From assembly GCA_964016885.1 (NCBI GenBank), contig OZ024742.1:334118001-334182000 (forward strand): DNA of 64,000 bases. The letters run 5' to 3'. This DNA is from Eledone cirrhosa. Its lineage: Eukaryota. Positions 27,771 to 40,700 of the stretch are shown one piece after another; position 1 is the stretch's first letter; every line of letters starts with the position of its first letter. The notes under the pieces are model-generated. The model searched no databases and was not told the origin of the DNA. It was given only the letters and a program-made list of their open reading frames with translations. A program made the position numbers and the translations under genes.

Positions 27771-28351
27771 TATATACCGATATATAGTAAAATGGTTTAA
27801 TATGCAAATATAAAATATATGAATATTCAAAACCAAAACATAAGAATATATCCGCCTTCTCTCTTCGGCCTCTGTCATTTCTGCATTCGCTTTTACCTAT
27901 CTTGTTTTGCTACTGCTTGTAAAAATGTATTATTATTACTATATTTTTTTTCTCTGGCATATTTAAACATGATTGCATTATTTTCTCCTTTTTTTTTTTT
28001 CTTACTGTCCATCATTTTGAGCAAACACGCTCTTGAACATGTCACCGACTCCATGCATATATTATATGGTTTAGCGAGTGTCTTCCATGCTGTCTGTAAG
28101 ACATATGACATACACCAGCCATGTTCTGTCAGCAATTTATTTCAAATGTTGTTTATTCTCTTCCACACCAGTTGTGTTCATGTTTCTCTCTTTTCTTTTT
28201 TATTTGTTATAATTTTTTATTTATTATTAATTTTAAGTATTGCTCAGCCAGTGTCAGATTGTGTGTGGATATAGTCTGTCTAAGTGTATTTGTAGGAGAA
28301 AGTCAGAGTATACGCATATGTATATTTTTGTATCTTTATGTATATTTTGAG

Positions 28352-28422
<71 letters not shown>

Positions 28423-28609
28423 CGAATGAAATGTGGTAAGGAACCATGTGGACCATAACGCACCAAAGTACTCAATACTTAGGGTAGTAGAGTGGGTAAT
28501 AGTAACAAGTAAGACCGCGACGGCTGAGCTCAAGCCGTTTCGACGGCTAATTCAATACAGAATTAGCCGTCGAAACGGCTTGAGCTCAGCCGTCGGGGTC
28601 TTACTTGTT

Positions 28610-28643
<34 letters not shown>

Positions 28644-28719
28644 GTATGTTTGTGTATATGTGCTTTTGAATATATGTATACATTATACGTTTATATATAT
28701 TCAGAAGCACATATACACA

Positions 28720-28769
<50 letters not shown>

Positions 28770-28869
28770 GAAGGACGTGTGCTAAGGAACCAGGTGGACC
28801 ATAACGCACCAGAGTACTCGATACCTCGGGTAGTAGAGTGGGTAGTATATATATAAAAAAGGAAAATTT

Positions 28870-29440
28870 CGCATGCCAAACATAAGAGCAAGAGTGAAGG
28901 GTTCATTCTACTGACATGGCTAAAAAATTGAGGCTTGTTTGCATAACCGCAAACGAATCGAATGTTATTATTAAAATTCGAGAAACTCAGATTTCATTTA
29001 TTGTATTCAGCCATGTAGAGCGAAATTTTCTTTTTTCTTTTCTATTTGAATTTGGCAAAGCCGGCCATCTATCGCTCGTATACAGGAAACTGATTGGCCA
29101 GTCTGCTGATATGCAAATCTGGCTGATCAGTGGATCTGCTAATATGCAGATCTGACTGATCAGCCAGTCTGCTAATATGCAAATCAGGCCCATCAGCCAC
29201 TGTCTATTTTTGAAAATAGTATATATTTTCACTAGCTCTGACAGTTTGGCAGGTGAACAGTGAGCTGTACTGATGAAGGTTGATACTTAGAAACATTAGT
29301 ATCTGCAGTTATGTTTGCATGTCAACATAAGAGCAAGAATGAAGTGTTCATTCTACTGACATGGCTATACAATTGAGGCTTGTTTGTATAATTGCAAACG
29401 AATCGAATGTTATTATTAATATTCGAAAAACTCAAATAAC
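28870..29440 (+). mobile_element. ~445-bp unit with terminal direct repeat and HHR-like motif (retrozyme/pLTR-like)
   Basis: 28870-29000 is repeated at 29315-29440. The motif agctgta-CTGATGA-aggt(tgat)actt-a-GAAA-cattagta-TC-tgcagtt at 29263-29310 directly precedes the second copy. Confidence 0.65.
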
Positions 29441-30323
29441 ATTTATATATATACATGAAAAGATTCACAACCCCGACGGCTGAGCTTCGGCGGTTTCAAA
29501 AGCTAGATCCAAACTGAATCTGTTCATATTACCCACTTTCGTACCCCAAATATCGAGTAATCTGGTGCGTTATGGTCCGCCTGGTATCTTACTACACCCT
29601 GTCATTTCTATATATGTGGTGTATATCACTCTCTCCGACTATCTATCTATTATATTTTCCCGTCTATATCCAGCTACCTTACTATTTTGTCCATCTCTCA
29701 CAGTCCTTAATACTGCCATAATCCTCCCAAGCCTTTAACACAGGCGTTTGTGATTTAACACCAATCTGCCCTGTCATCTTGGTCAAATTTCTCCTATTAA
29801 TATTAGTTCTATGGCTTGTACTACTGCTGTGACCCTATCTCTGTCGCTCTCTTTATCTCCCTCTTTCCTTCTATATATCTCTATTTCTCCCCCCATTTCT
29901 CCCTCCATAACCATCTATCTATCTTTTTCCTCCCACTCCCTTAGTCCTTTATACTGCCCTACCCATCAAATTCCAGCCTGTTTCGATTTGACACTGACCT
30001 GTCCAATTATCTTCGTCATGTCTCTTTTATCAATATTGATTCCAGGTCTTAATGCTCGAACTGGTTGAAATTTAATTCATTTCTTTATTTTTACCACTTT
30101 TACCGAGCTATCCATAGATAATTCCCTGGTTTCTATTGATGCACAGGTGGTGAATAGTCCCGTCTTATAAAGCATCCGAAAGTATAATGGTCCCCAGAGA
30201 GAAAGCTGATGAGCGGGATTGTCTATGTACTTGTCTCTTCTACGTTTTCTATTCCTTATATTTCTGCCACGTGTTTATACAAACACACACACACACACAC
30301 ACACACATATATCTATATATCTA

Positions 30324-30374
<51 letters not shown>

Positions 30375-30379
30375 GTGGG

Positions 30380-31660
30380 AAAGTAAGAAATCGGAGAATA
30401 GACCGTTAAAACATGTTTATTTAAAACAGCACCTACGTACGTTTCGCCCAGTTGGGCTTCTCAAGGGCATAAATAAGCAAAAGTGTTCCTTACATTGCTC
30501 GGAAAGAGATTTGGGGGTTAAATCCACGTCAAGGTTCATTGCTCGCAAAAATAGCTTGTTTTGATTTTGCAGCAGATCAAGGGAGGTAACTTTGGCCGGT
30601 GTTAGGGCAGTCTTTCCCGGACAATTTTTTTTATCCGCTACGAGATGAGGTTACACCTTACCATTGTCGATACGCATGTAATCAACGCTTACTTTGAGAG
30701 TTTTCTTTGCCGCATCTGTTTGTCTGAGTCGTTTGAGGCTGGGTCTGGTATGCAACGATAGTTTCCTGGGTGTTATTTTGCAGCGCCTGCCCGTCGGGGT
30801 ATTAAGACTTGTTGCAGGGAGATCCGGTGCACGGTTTCACTCCTCATCCTTAACCCATCTGAAGAAGGATATTTTGTTTGTTTACCCTAGCGTCCCCTTT
30901 ATTTATGTGTCCCAACGACATTTTTTAGCCGTTGCTCGCACCAACCTGAGGTATATGGTCTTTAAAGCGATGAAATGCCTATGACGGTTGGAAGGCCACT
31001 GATGAAGGACAAACTTTTTCATATGTAACCCATTTGCAACGCCGCAGGTCCATTATTATCATATTTACACATATATTTTTTCCTCGGCTGCTACCTGTCT
31101 GTTTCGTTCTTTGTATCTTTACCCTTTCTAGCAGTCTCTCTCTCTCTGTTAGCCTCTTCCTCACCTTTCACTCACTCATTCTCTGTCACTACCTCTCCTC
31201 CTCCCCTTTCTTCCCGTTTGACCTGTCCGTAATTCTTTTCTCGCGCGTTCTTGACCAAGCCGGTATGAATTTTTTTTCTCTCTCTCTCTCTCTCTCTCTC
31301 GGCTGCGACTTCACAGAACTTATGTTTACCGAATTCGCAGACCAGACCCCTTCTTCCTCCCGTTAGACCTGTGCGAAATTCCTTCCTTGCTCACATTTCA
31401 ACCAGGTTTGATGGTCTTTATTCTCTCGTTCACGATTTCACCGAATTTATATTCATAGAAATCTGGGACTTGTCTCTTTCTTCATCACTTTCTGTTGCTT
31501 AAACCATTTTGTTTGTTTACCCTAGCGTCCCCTTTATTTACGTGTCCCAACGACTTTTTTTAGCCGTTGCTCGCCCCAACCTGAGGTATATGGTCTTTAA
31601 AGCGATGAAATGCCTATGACGGTTGGAAGGCCACTGATGAAGGACAAACATTTTCATATA
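30380..31660. mobile_element. Penelope/pLTR-like remnant: minus-strand HHR (30430-30469) plus a ~150-bp direct repeat ending in an HHR 5' half
   Basis: Minus strand: TTGAGAA-gccc(aact)gggc-GAAA-cgtacg-TA-gg. 30870-31020 is repeated at 31505-31655, both ending ccaCTGATGAaggac. Confidence 0.6.
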
Positions 31661-31743
31661 TATATATATCCAGGAAGCTCCAACCGTTAAGGCTGTCTTT
31701 TTTTCCGGCTATGTCAATATTTATTTATAAAACAAATCTGTAA

Positions 31744-31803
31744 TTTATCTGATGAAAGCGAACCATAATTTGCCTTGGTTGCCCTTGAAATATGTATAAT
31801 AGA
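31744..31803 (+). ncRNA. Type I hammerhead ribozyme
   Basis: tttat-CTGATGA-aag..aacca(loop)tggtt..ctt-GAAA-tatgta-TA-ataga. Confidence 0.7.
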
Positions 31804-31844
31804 ATAAATATGCTTTTATAAATATAGTTTCCATTTATTAATAT

Positions 31845-31900
<56 letters not shown>

Positions 31901-31963
31901 ATATTAATAAATGGATACCATCAATATTATAAACACAGAGCTGGCATATCTAAGAACTGACTA

Positions 31964-32019
31964 ACTGCCTGATGAGGTCATAGCCATTCAATGGCTATCA
32001 TCGAAATATATATAGCAGT
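31964..32019 (+). ncRNA. Type I hammerhead ribozyme, canonical core
   Basis: actgc-CTGATGA-ggt.atagccat(tca)atggctat.atc-GAAA-tatata-TA-gcagt. Stem I is perfect, stem II has 8+3 bp, and stem III is palindromic. Confidence 0.85.
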
Positions 32020-32064
32020 AAATAAAGGATTATGAGTTCATGCAATTAACTTATGTTTCGTCAC

Positions 32065-32242
<178 letters not shown>

Positions 32243-32448
32243 GTGAGGTTTTTTTTACAAATTGAAAAATAACCGAGGTGTCCTACACGAGTGAAAGTAT
32301 AAAGAAAAAGAGATGAAATCGAAAATGCAACTGGAGTCTTATTTAAAAAAAAAATATATATATTTATTTGGTTCCTTTACCGGTTTCGCAGTTCTTCTGC
32401 TTTTCAAGAGTAGAGTTGAGATGGAGGGTCTATGTTTTATCACATCTC

Positions 32449-32561
<113 letters not shown>

Positions 32562-32870
32562 AATACATAAACGGAGAAAGCTATTAGCGATACTCCGACC
32601 ATATATATCTAGAGTGTATATATATATATATATAAAGTCTAAAGTTTGTCTTAAGCCAGAAGGTTCATTTGGTCGGTGCTTATTCCGGTTTTATGGCGTG
32701 AAGCGACTGAGATACAAGTTTCCCCCTTGGATAGGACGCCAGTCCATCGCAGGGTTAAACCTCAAGCTATTGCTGGTACTCATTTTCATCTGAGTATACT
32801 GAGTAACGTGAAATGAAGTGATTTGCTCAAGATATATATATATGTATATATATATATGCACACACCCACC

Positions 32871-32899
<29 letters not shown>

Positions 32900-32902
<3 letters not shown>

Positions 32903-33135
32903 ATATAAAGCGAAAAAACAGTGATGCATCTGGACTCAGTTTATTGTGTGTGACAATTGTTTCTCCGGCAGATAGCTCGAGACACGATCAATGTATGGAT
33001 CTGTCTGATTCTAGATCTGAAGATTTAGAATCAGACAGATCCATACAATGATCCTGTCCAGAGCTATCTGCCGGAGAAACAATTGTAACAATAAACTGAG
33101 TCCAGATGCATCACTGATTTTTCGTTTTATATTAT
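32900..33135. repeat. Fold-back palindrome with ~115-bp arms
   Basis: cagtgatgcatctggactcagtttattgt...ggatctgtctgattctagatc-tgaa-gatttagaatcagacagatcc...acaataaactgagtccagatgcatcactg. Confidence 0.9.
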
Positions 33136-33221
33136 ATCACACTCTGCTCTGTAAGAACATAGAGTGCTCAACTGGCATACCGCCCATGGAAGCATCATAG
33201 CTACCATTAAACACACATACA

Positions 33222-33951
33222 TCAACCTGTAGGTGTTGTTTTCCATACAGTAACGGTTAAACTCACATGTAATAATTCTTTACACACATGTCACTGTGTA
33301 ACACACTTCTCTCTGTGTAATATGTTTGTAACAGCAAGCTTATAGTTATAAGGTTGGTAATTTAAAAATCTACTTCCGAGATTTGATTCTGACTTAGTGT
33401 TCTTTCTATTTAATTGCCAACCTGTAGGTGTTGTTTTCCATACAGTAACAGTTAAACTCACATGTAATAATTCTTTACACACATCTCACTGTGTAACCCA
33501 CCTCTCTCTGTGTAATATATTTGTATTTGAACTCAGTTGAAAATTCTCTGTTCTTTGAGCTAATATTATTATTACTGTGAACTGCCGAATACTCTAATTC
33601 CGATCCTTGTATAATTAACGAGCTTCAAATTGGGCAGCGTGTATATTTGCGTTCTCTCTTTCCATTAGGCTAGATGTGTAGCTAACAATTCCAGACTTGC
33701 TGACTGAGGACCATGTGGAATTTTACACTACACATTTCAGTGGCGAAACGAAATAGATTCGTATCAGCCAACTTATAGTTATAAGGTTGGTAATTTAAAA
33801 CTCTACTTCCGAGATTTGATTCTGAGATTTGTTCTTTCTATTTAATTGCCAATCTGTAGGTCTTGTTTTCCATACAGTAACGGTTAAACTCACATGTAAT
33901 AATTATTTTCACACATCTCACTGTGTAACACACTTCTCTCTGTGTAATATA

Positions 33952-33955
<4 letters not shown>
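33222..33955. repeat. Dispersed/tandem ~195-bp repeat (about three copies)
   Basis: ctgtaggt.ttgttttccatacagtaac.gttaaactcacatgtaataatt... at ~33222, 33418 and 33849. Confidence 0.85.
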
Positions 33956-34015
<60 letters not shown>

Positions 34016-34729
34016 CTTGTGTGTGTATGGGTATGCGTATGTATACATTGGGATTTATGTGCGCTTATATATGCCTGAGTTGGCGGTGGTGGGAGATGTC
34101 TAATCGGATGATGTCCACATGACATAAGCCAGTTGTACCTTAGACAATCCTTGTGTTGATAGTCGACCTCACGACAGTTTGTTATTCTTTGATTGCTTTT
34201 TTATCTTTATTGTTTCTATATATAAATTTCTGCGATTCTGTCACAACACATAAAGAGAGAGGAGCAGTTTGACTACCTTATACTACTCCTCTCACTTTAT
34301 GTCTGCTACCTGCATGGGTATATGTGTGTGAGTGTATGTGTATATGTGTGTTTGTATAAATATATGTGTGTGTATTTGTGTGAATGTATGTGTGTGAGTG
34401 TATGTGTATGCGTGTGTTTGTGTAAATGTATGTGTGGGTGTATGTAAGAGAGTGAGTGTGCGTCTGCGTACGTGTATGTGTGTATGTTTGTGTGAATGTA
34501 TGGGTGTGTTTGTATGAATTTAAGTCTGTGTGTATTTGTGTAAGTGTGTCTGTTTGCGAGTTTATATTTATATACTCATACATATAGATGTATGCATATG
34601 CACACACACACCCAAACACACATACACACACGAACACATATATACACATACACGTCAGCGTGTTCAAAAAAATCCTAGTTTTACATATAGTTTCTGGACG
34701 TGTCATAGTTGATAATATTAATGCGGTTG

Positions 34730-37700
34730 CTTCTATTGCTGCTGTCAGTATATATTGCTGATGATGTTGCCTCTGTTGCTGCTGCTGTTGTCTCTACTGC
34801 TGTTGTTATATAGCTACTGCTGTTAACACTAGGGCAGTATTTATAGATGCTGTTACTGTCACTACTACTGTTGATGTTACCACATATGCTGCACTTACGG
34901 ATGCTGCTGTCTACAATTAGTGCTGTTTCTACTGCTGCTGTAGCTACTATTAGTGCTACGTCTACTGCTGCTGAAATACTATTGGTATTTCTCTACTGCT
35001 GTTGTAGCTACTATTAGTATACCTGTATTGCTGCTGTAACTACTATTAGTGCTACCTCTACTGCTGCTGGTGTAGCTACTATTAGTGCTGTCTCTACTGC
35101 TGCTGCTGTAGCTAATATTAGTGATGTCTCTACTGCTGCTGCTGTAGCTACTATTAGTGCTGTCTCTACTGCTGCTGCTGTAGCTAATATTAGTGATGTC
35201 TCTACTGCTGCTGCTGTAGCTACTATTAGTGCTGTCTCTACTGCTGCTGCTGTAGCTAATATTAGTGCTGTCTCTACTGCTGCTGCTGTAGCTACTATTA
35301 GTGCTGTCTCTACTGCTGCTGCTGAGGCTAATATTAGTGCTGTCTCTACTGCTGCTACTGTAGCTACTATTAGTGCTGTCTCTACTGCTGCTGCTGTAGC
35401 TAATATTAGTGCTGTCTCTACTGCTGCTGCTGTAGCTACTATTAGTGCTGTCTCTACTGCTGCTGCTGTTCTAATATTAGTGCTGTCTCTACTGCTGCTG
35501 CTGTAGCTACTATTAGTACTGTCTCTACTGCTGCTGCTGTAGCTACTATTAGTACTGTCTCTACTGCTGCTGTAACTACTATTAGTGCTGTCTCTACTGC
35601 TGCTGCTGTTCTAATATTAGTGCTGTCTCTACTGCTGCTGCTGAGCTACTATTAGTGCTGTCTCTACTGCTGCTGCTGTAGCTACTATTAGTACTGTCTC
35701 TACTGCTGCTGCTGTAGCTAAAATTAGTGCTGTCTCTACTGCTGCTGCTGTAGCTACTATTAGTACTGTCTCTACTGCTGCTGCTGTAGCTACTATTAGT
35801 ACTGTCTCTACTGCTGCTGCTGTGGCTACTATTAGTACTGTCACTACTGCTGCTGCTGTAGCTACTATTAGTACTGTCTCTACTGCTGCTGCTGTAGCTA
35901 ATATTAGTGCTGTCTCTACTGCTGCTGCTGTAGCTACTATTAGTACTGTCTCTACTGCTGCTGTAGCTACTATTAGTACTGTCTCTACTGCTGCTGTAGC
36001 TACTATTAGTACTGTCTCTACTGCTGCTGCTGTAGCTACTATTAGTACTGTCTCTACTGCTGCTGCTGTAGCTAATATTAGTGCCGTCTCTACTGCTGCT
36101 GCTGTAGCTACTATTAGTGCTGTCTCTACTGCTGCTGCTGTAGCTACTATTAGTACTGTCTCTACTGCTGCTGCTGTAGCTACTATTAGTACTGTCTCTA
36201 CTGCTGCTGCTGTAGCTACTATTAGTACTGTCTCTACTGCTGCTGCTGTTGCTACTATTAGTACTGTCTCTACTGCTGCTGTAGCTACTATTAGTACTGT
36301 CTCTACTGCTGCTGTAGCTACTATTAGTGCTGTCTCTACTGCTGCTGTAGCTACTATTAGTACTGTCTCTACTGCTGCTGCTGTAGCTACTATTAGTACT
36401 GTCTCTACTGCTGCTGTAACTACTATTAGTGCTGTCTCTACTGCTGCTGTAGCTACTATTAGTACTGTCTCTACTGTTGCTGCTGTTGCTACTATTAGTA
36501 CTGTCTCTACTGCTGCTGTAGCTACTATTAGTACTGTCTCTACTGCTGCTGTAGCTACTATTAGTACTGTCTCTACTGCTGCTGCTGTAGCTACTATTAG
36601 TACTGTCTCTACTGCTGCTGCTGTTGCTACTATTAGTACTGTCTCTACTGCTGCTGTAGCTACTATTAGTACTGTCTCTACTGCTGCTGTAGCTACTATT
36701 AGTACTGTCTCTACTGCTGCTGTAGCTACTATTAGTGCTGTCTCTACTGCTGCTGTAGCTACTATTAGTGCTGTCTCTACTGCTGCTGCTTTAGCTACTA
36801 TTAGTACTGTCTCTACTGCTGCTGTTGTAGCTCCTACTAGTACTGTCTCTACTGCTGCTGCTGTAACTACTACTAGTACTGTCTCTACTGCTGCTGTAAC
36901 TACTACTAGTACTGTCTCTACTGCTGCTGTAACTACTACTAGTACTGTCTCTACTGCTGCTGCTGTAACTACTACTAGTTCTGTCTCTATTGCTGCTGTA
37001 ACTACTACTAGTAATGTCTCTACTGCTGCTGTAACTACTACTAGTACTGTCTCTGCTGCTGCTGTAACTACTACTAGTACTGTCTCTGCTGCTGCTGTAA
37101 CTACTACTAGTACTGTCTCTACTGCTGCTGTAACTAATACTAGTACTGTCTCTACTGCTGCTGTAACTACTACTAGTACTGTCTCTACTGCTGCTGTAAC
37201 TACTACTAGTACTGTCTCTACTGCTGCTGTAACTACTACTAGTACTGTCTCTACTGCTGCTGTAACTACTACTAGTTCTGTCTCTATTGCTGCTGAAACT
37301 ACTACTAGTAATGTCTCTACTGCTGCTGTAACTACTACTAGTACTGTCTCTGCTGCTGCTGTAACTACTACTAGTACTGTCTCTACTGCTGCTGCTGTAA
37401 CTACTACTAGTACTGTCTCTACTGCTGCTGCTGTAACTACTACTAGTACTGTCTCTACTGCTGCTGTAACTACTACTAGTACTGTCTCTACTGCTGCTGC
37501 TGTAACTACTACTAGTTCTGTCTCTATTGCTGCTGTAACTACTACTAGTAATGTCTCTACTGCTGCTGTAACTACTACTAGTACTGTCTCTGCTGCTGCT
37601 GTAACTACTACTAGTACTGTCTCTGCTGCTGCTGTAACTACTACTAGTACTGTCTCTACTGCTGCTGCTGTAACTACTACTAGTTCTGTCTCTATTGCTG

Positions 37701-40700
37701 CTGTAACTACTACTAGTAATGTCTCTACTGCTGCTGTAACTACTACTAGTACTGTCTCTGCTGCTGCTGTAACTACTACTAGTACTGTCTCTACTGCTGC
37801 TGTAACTACTACTAGTACTGTCTCTACTGCTGCTGTAACTACTACTAGTACTGTCTCTACTGCTGCTGTAACTACTATTAGTACTGTCTCTACTGCTGGT
37901 GTAACTACTACTAGTACTGTCTCTACTGCTGCTGTAACTACTACTAGTACTGTCTCTGCTGCTGCTGTAACTACTACTAGTACTGTCTCTACTGCTGCTG
38001 TAACTACTACTAGTACTGTCTCTACTGCTGCTGTAACTACTACTAGTTCTGTCTCTACTGCTGCTGTAACTACTACTAGTACTGTCTCTACTGCTGCTGT
38101 AACTACTACTAGTACTGTCTCTGCTGCTGCTGTAACTACTACTAGTACTGTCTCTACTGCTGCTGTAACTACTACTAGTACTGTCTCTACTGCTGCTGTA
38201 ACTACTACTAGTACTGTCTCTACTGCTGCTGTAACTACTACTAGTACTGTCTCTACTGCTGCTGTAACTACTACTAGTTCTGTCTCTACTGCTGCTGTAA
38301 CTACTACTAGTACTGTCTCTACTGCTGCTGTAACTACTACTAGTACTGTCTCTGCTGCTGCTGTAACTACTACTAGTACTGTCTCTACTGCTGCTGTAAC
38401 TACTACTAGTACTGTCTCTACTGCTGCTGTAACTAGTACTAGTACTGTCTCTACTGCTGCTGTAACTACTACTAGTACTGTCTCTACTGCTGCTGTAACT
38501 ACTACTACTAGTACTGTCTCTACTGCTGCTGTAACTACTACTAGTACTGTCTCTACTGCTGCTGTAACTACTACTAGTACTGTCTCTACTGCTGCTGTAA
38601 CTACTACTAGTACTGTCTCTGCTGCTGCTGTAACTACTACTAGTACTGTCTCTACTGCTGCTGTAACTACTACTAGTACTGTCTCTACTGCTGCTGTAAC
38701 TACTACTAGTTCTGTCTCTACTGCTGCTGTAACTACTACTAGTACTGTCTCTACTGCTGCTGTAACTACTACTAGTACTGTCTCTGCTGCTGCTGTAACT
38801 ACTACTAGTACTGTCTCTACTGCTGCTGTAACTACTACTAGTACTGTCTCTGCTGCTGCTGTAACTACTACTAGTACTGTCTCTACTGCTGCTGTAACTA
38901 CTACTAGTACTGTCTCCACTGCTGCTGTAGCTACTACTAGTACTGTCTCTACTGCTGCTGTAACTACTACTAGTACTGTCTCTACTGCTGCTGTAACTAC
39001 TACTAGTACTGTCTCTACTGCTGCTGTAACTACTACTCGTACTGTCTCTACTGCTGCTGTAGCTACTACTAGTACTGTCTCTGCTGCTGCTGTAACTACT
39101 ACTAGTACTGTCTCTACTGCTGCAGTAACTACTACTAGTACTGTCTCTGCTGCTGCTGTAACTACTACTACTAGTACTGTCTCTACTGCTGCTGTAACTA
39201 CTACTAGTACTGTCTCTGCTGCTGCTGTAGCTACTACTAGTACTGTCTCTACTGCTGCTGTAACTACTACTAGTACTGTCTCTACTGCTGCTGTAACTAC
39301 TACTAGTACTGTCTCTACTGCTGCTGTAACTACTACTAGTACTGTCTCTGCTGCTGCTGTAGCTACTACTAGTACTGTCTCTACTGCTGCTGTAACTACT
39401 ACTAGTACTGTCTCTACTGCTGCTGTAACTACTACTAGTACTGTCTCTACTGCTGCTGTAACTACTACTAGTTCTGTCTCTACTGCTGCTGTAACTACTA
39501 CTAGTACTGTCTCTACTGCTGCTGTAACTACTACTAGTACTGTCTCTACTGCTGCTGTAACTACTACTAGTTCTGTCTCTACTGCTGCTGTAACTACTAC
39601 TAGTACTGTCTCTACTGCTGCTGTAACTACTACTAGTACTGTCTCCACTGCTGCTGTAGCTACTACTAGTACTGTCTCTACTGCTGCTGTAACTACTACT
39701 AGTACTGTCTCTACTGCTGCTGTAACTACTACTAGTAATGTCTCTACTGCTGCTGTAACTACTACTAGTTCTGTCTCTACTGCTGCTGTAACTACTACTA
39801 GTACTGTCTCTACTGCTGCTGTAACTACTACTAGTACTGTCTCTACTGCTGCTGTAACTACTACTAGTACTGTCTCTACTGCTGCTGTAACTACTACTAG
39901 TACTGTCTCTACTGCTGCTGTAACTACTACTACTAGTACTGTCTCTACTGCTGCTGTAACTACTACTAGTACTGTCTCTACTGCTGCTGTAGCTACTACT
40001 AGTACTGTCTCCACTGCTGCTGTAACTACTACTAGTACTGTCTCCACTGCTGCTGTAACTACTACTAGTACTGTCTCTACTGCTGCTGTAACTACTACTA
40101 GTTCTGTCTCTACTGCTGCTGTAACAACTACTAGTACTCTCTCCACTGCTGCTGTAACTACTACTAGTACTGTCTCCACTGCTGCTGTAACTACTACTAG
40201 TACTGTCCTTACTGCTGCTGTAACTACTACTAGTAATGTCTCTACTGCTGCTGTAACTACTACTAGTAATGTCTCTACTGCTGCTGTAACTACTACTAGT
40301 ACTGTCTCCACTGCTGCTGTAACTACTACTAGTTCTGTCTCTACTGCTGCTGTAACTACTACTAGTACTGTCTCTACTGCTGCTGTAACTACTACTAGTT
40401 CTGTCTCTACTGCTGCTGTAACTACTACTAGTACTGTCTCTACTGCTGCTGTAACTACTACTAGTTCTGTCTCTACTGCTGCTGTAACTACTACTAGTAC
40501 TGTCTCCACTGCTGCTGTAACTACTACTAGTACTGTCTCCACTGCTGCTGTAACTACTACTAGTTCTGTCTCTACTGCTGCTGTAACTACTACTAGTTCT
40601 GTCTCTACTGCTGCTGTAACTACTACTAGTACTGTCTCTACTGCTGCTGTAACTACTACTAGTTCTGTCTCTACTGCTGCTGTAACTACTACTAGTACTG

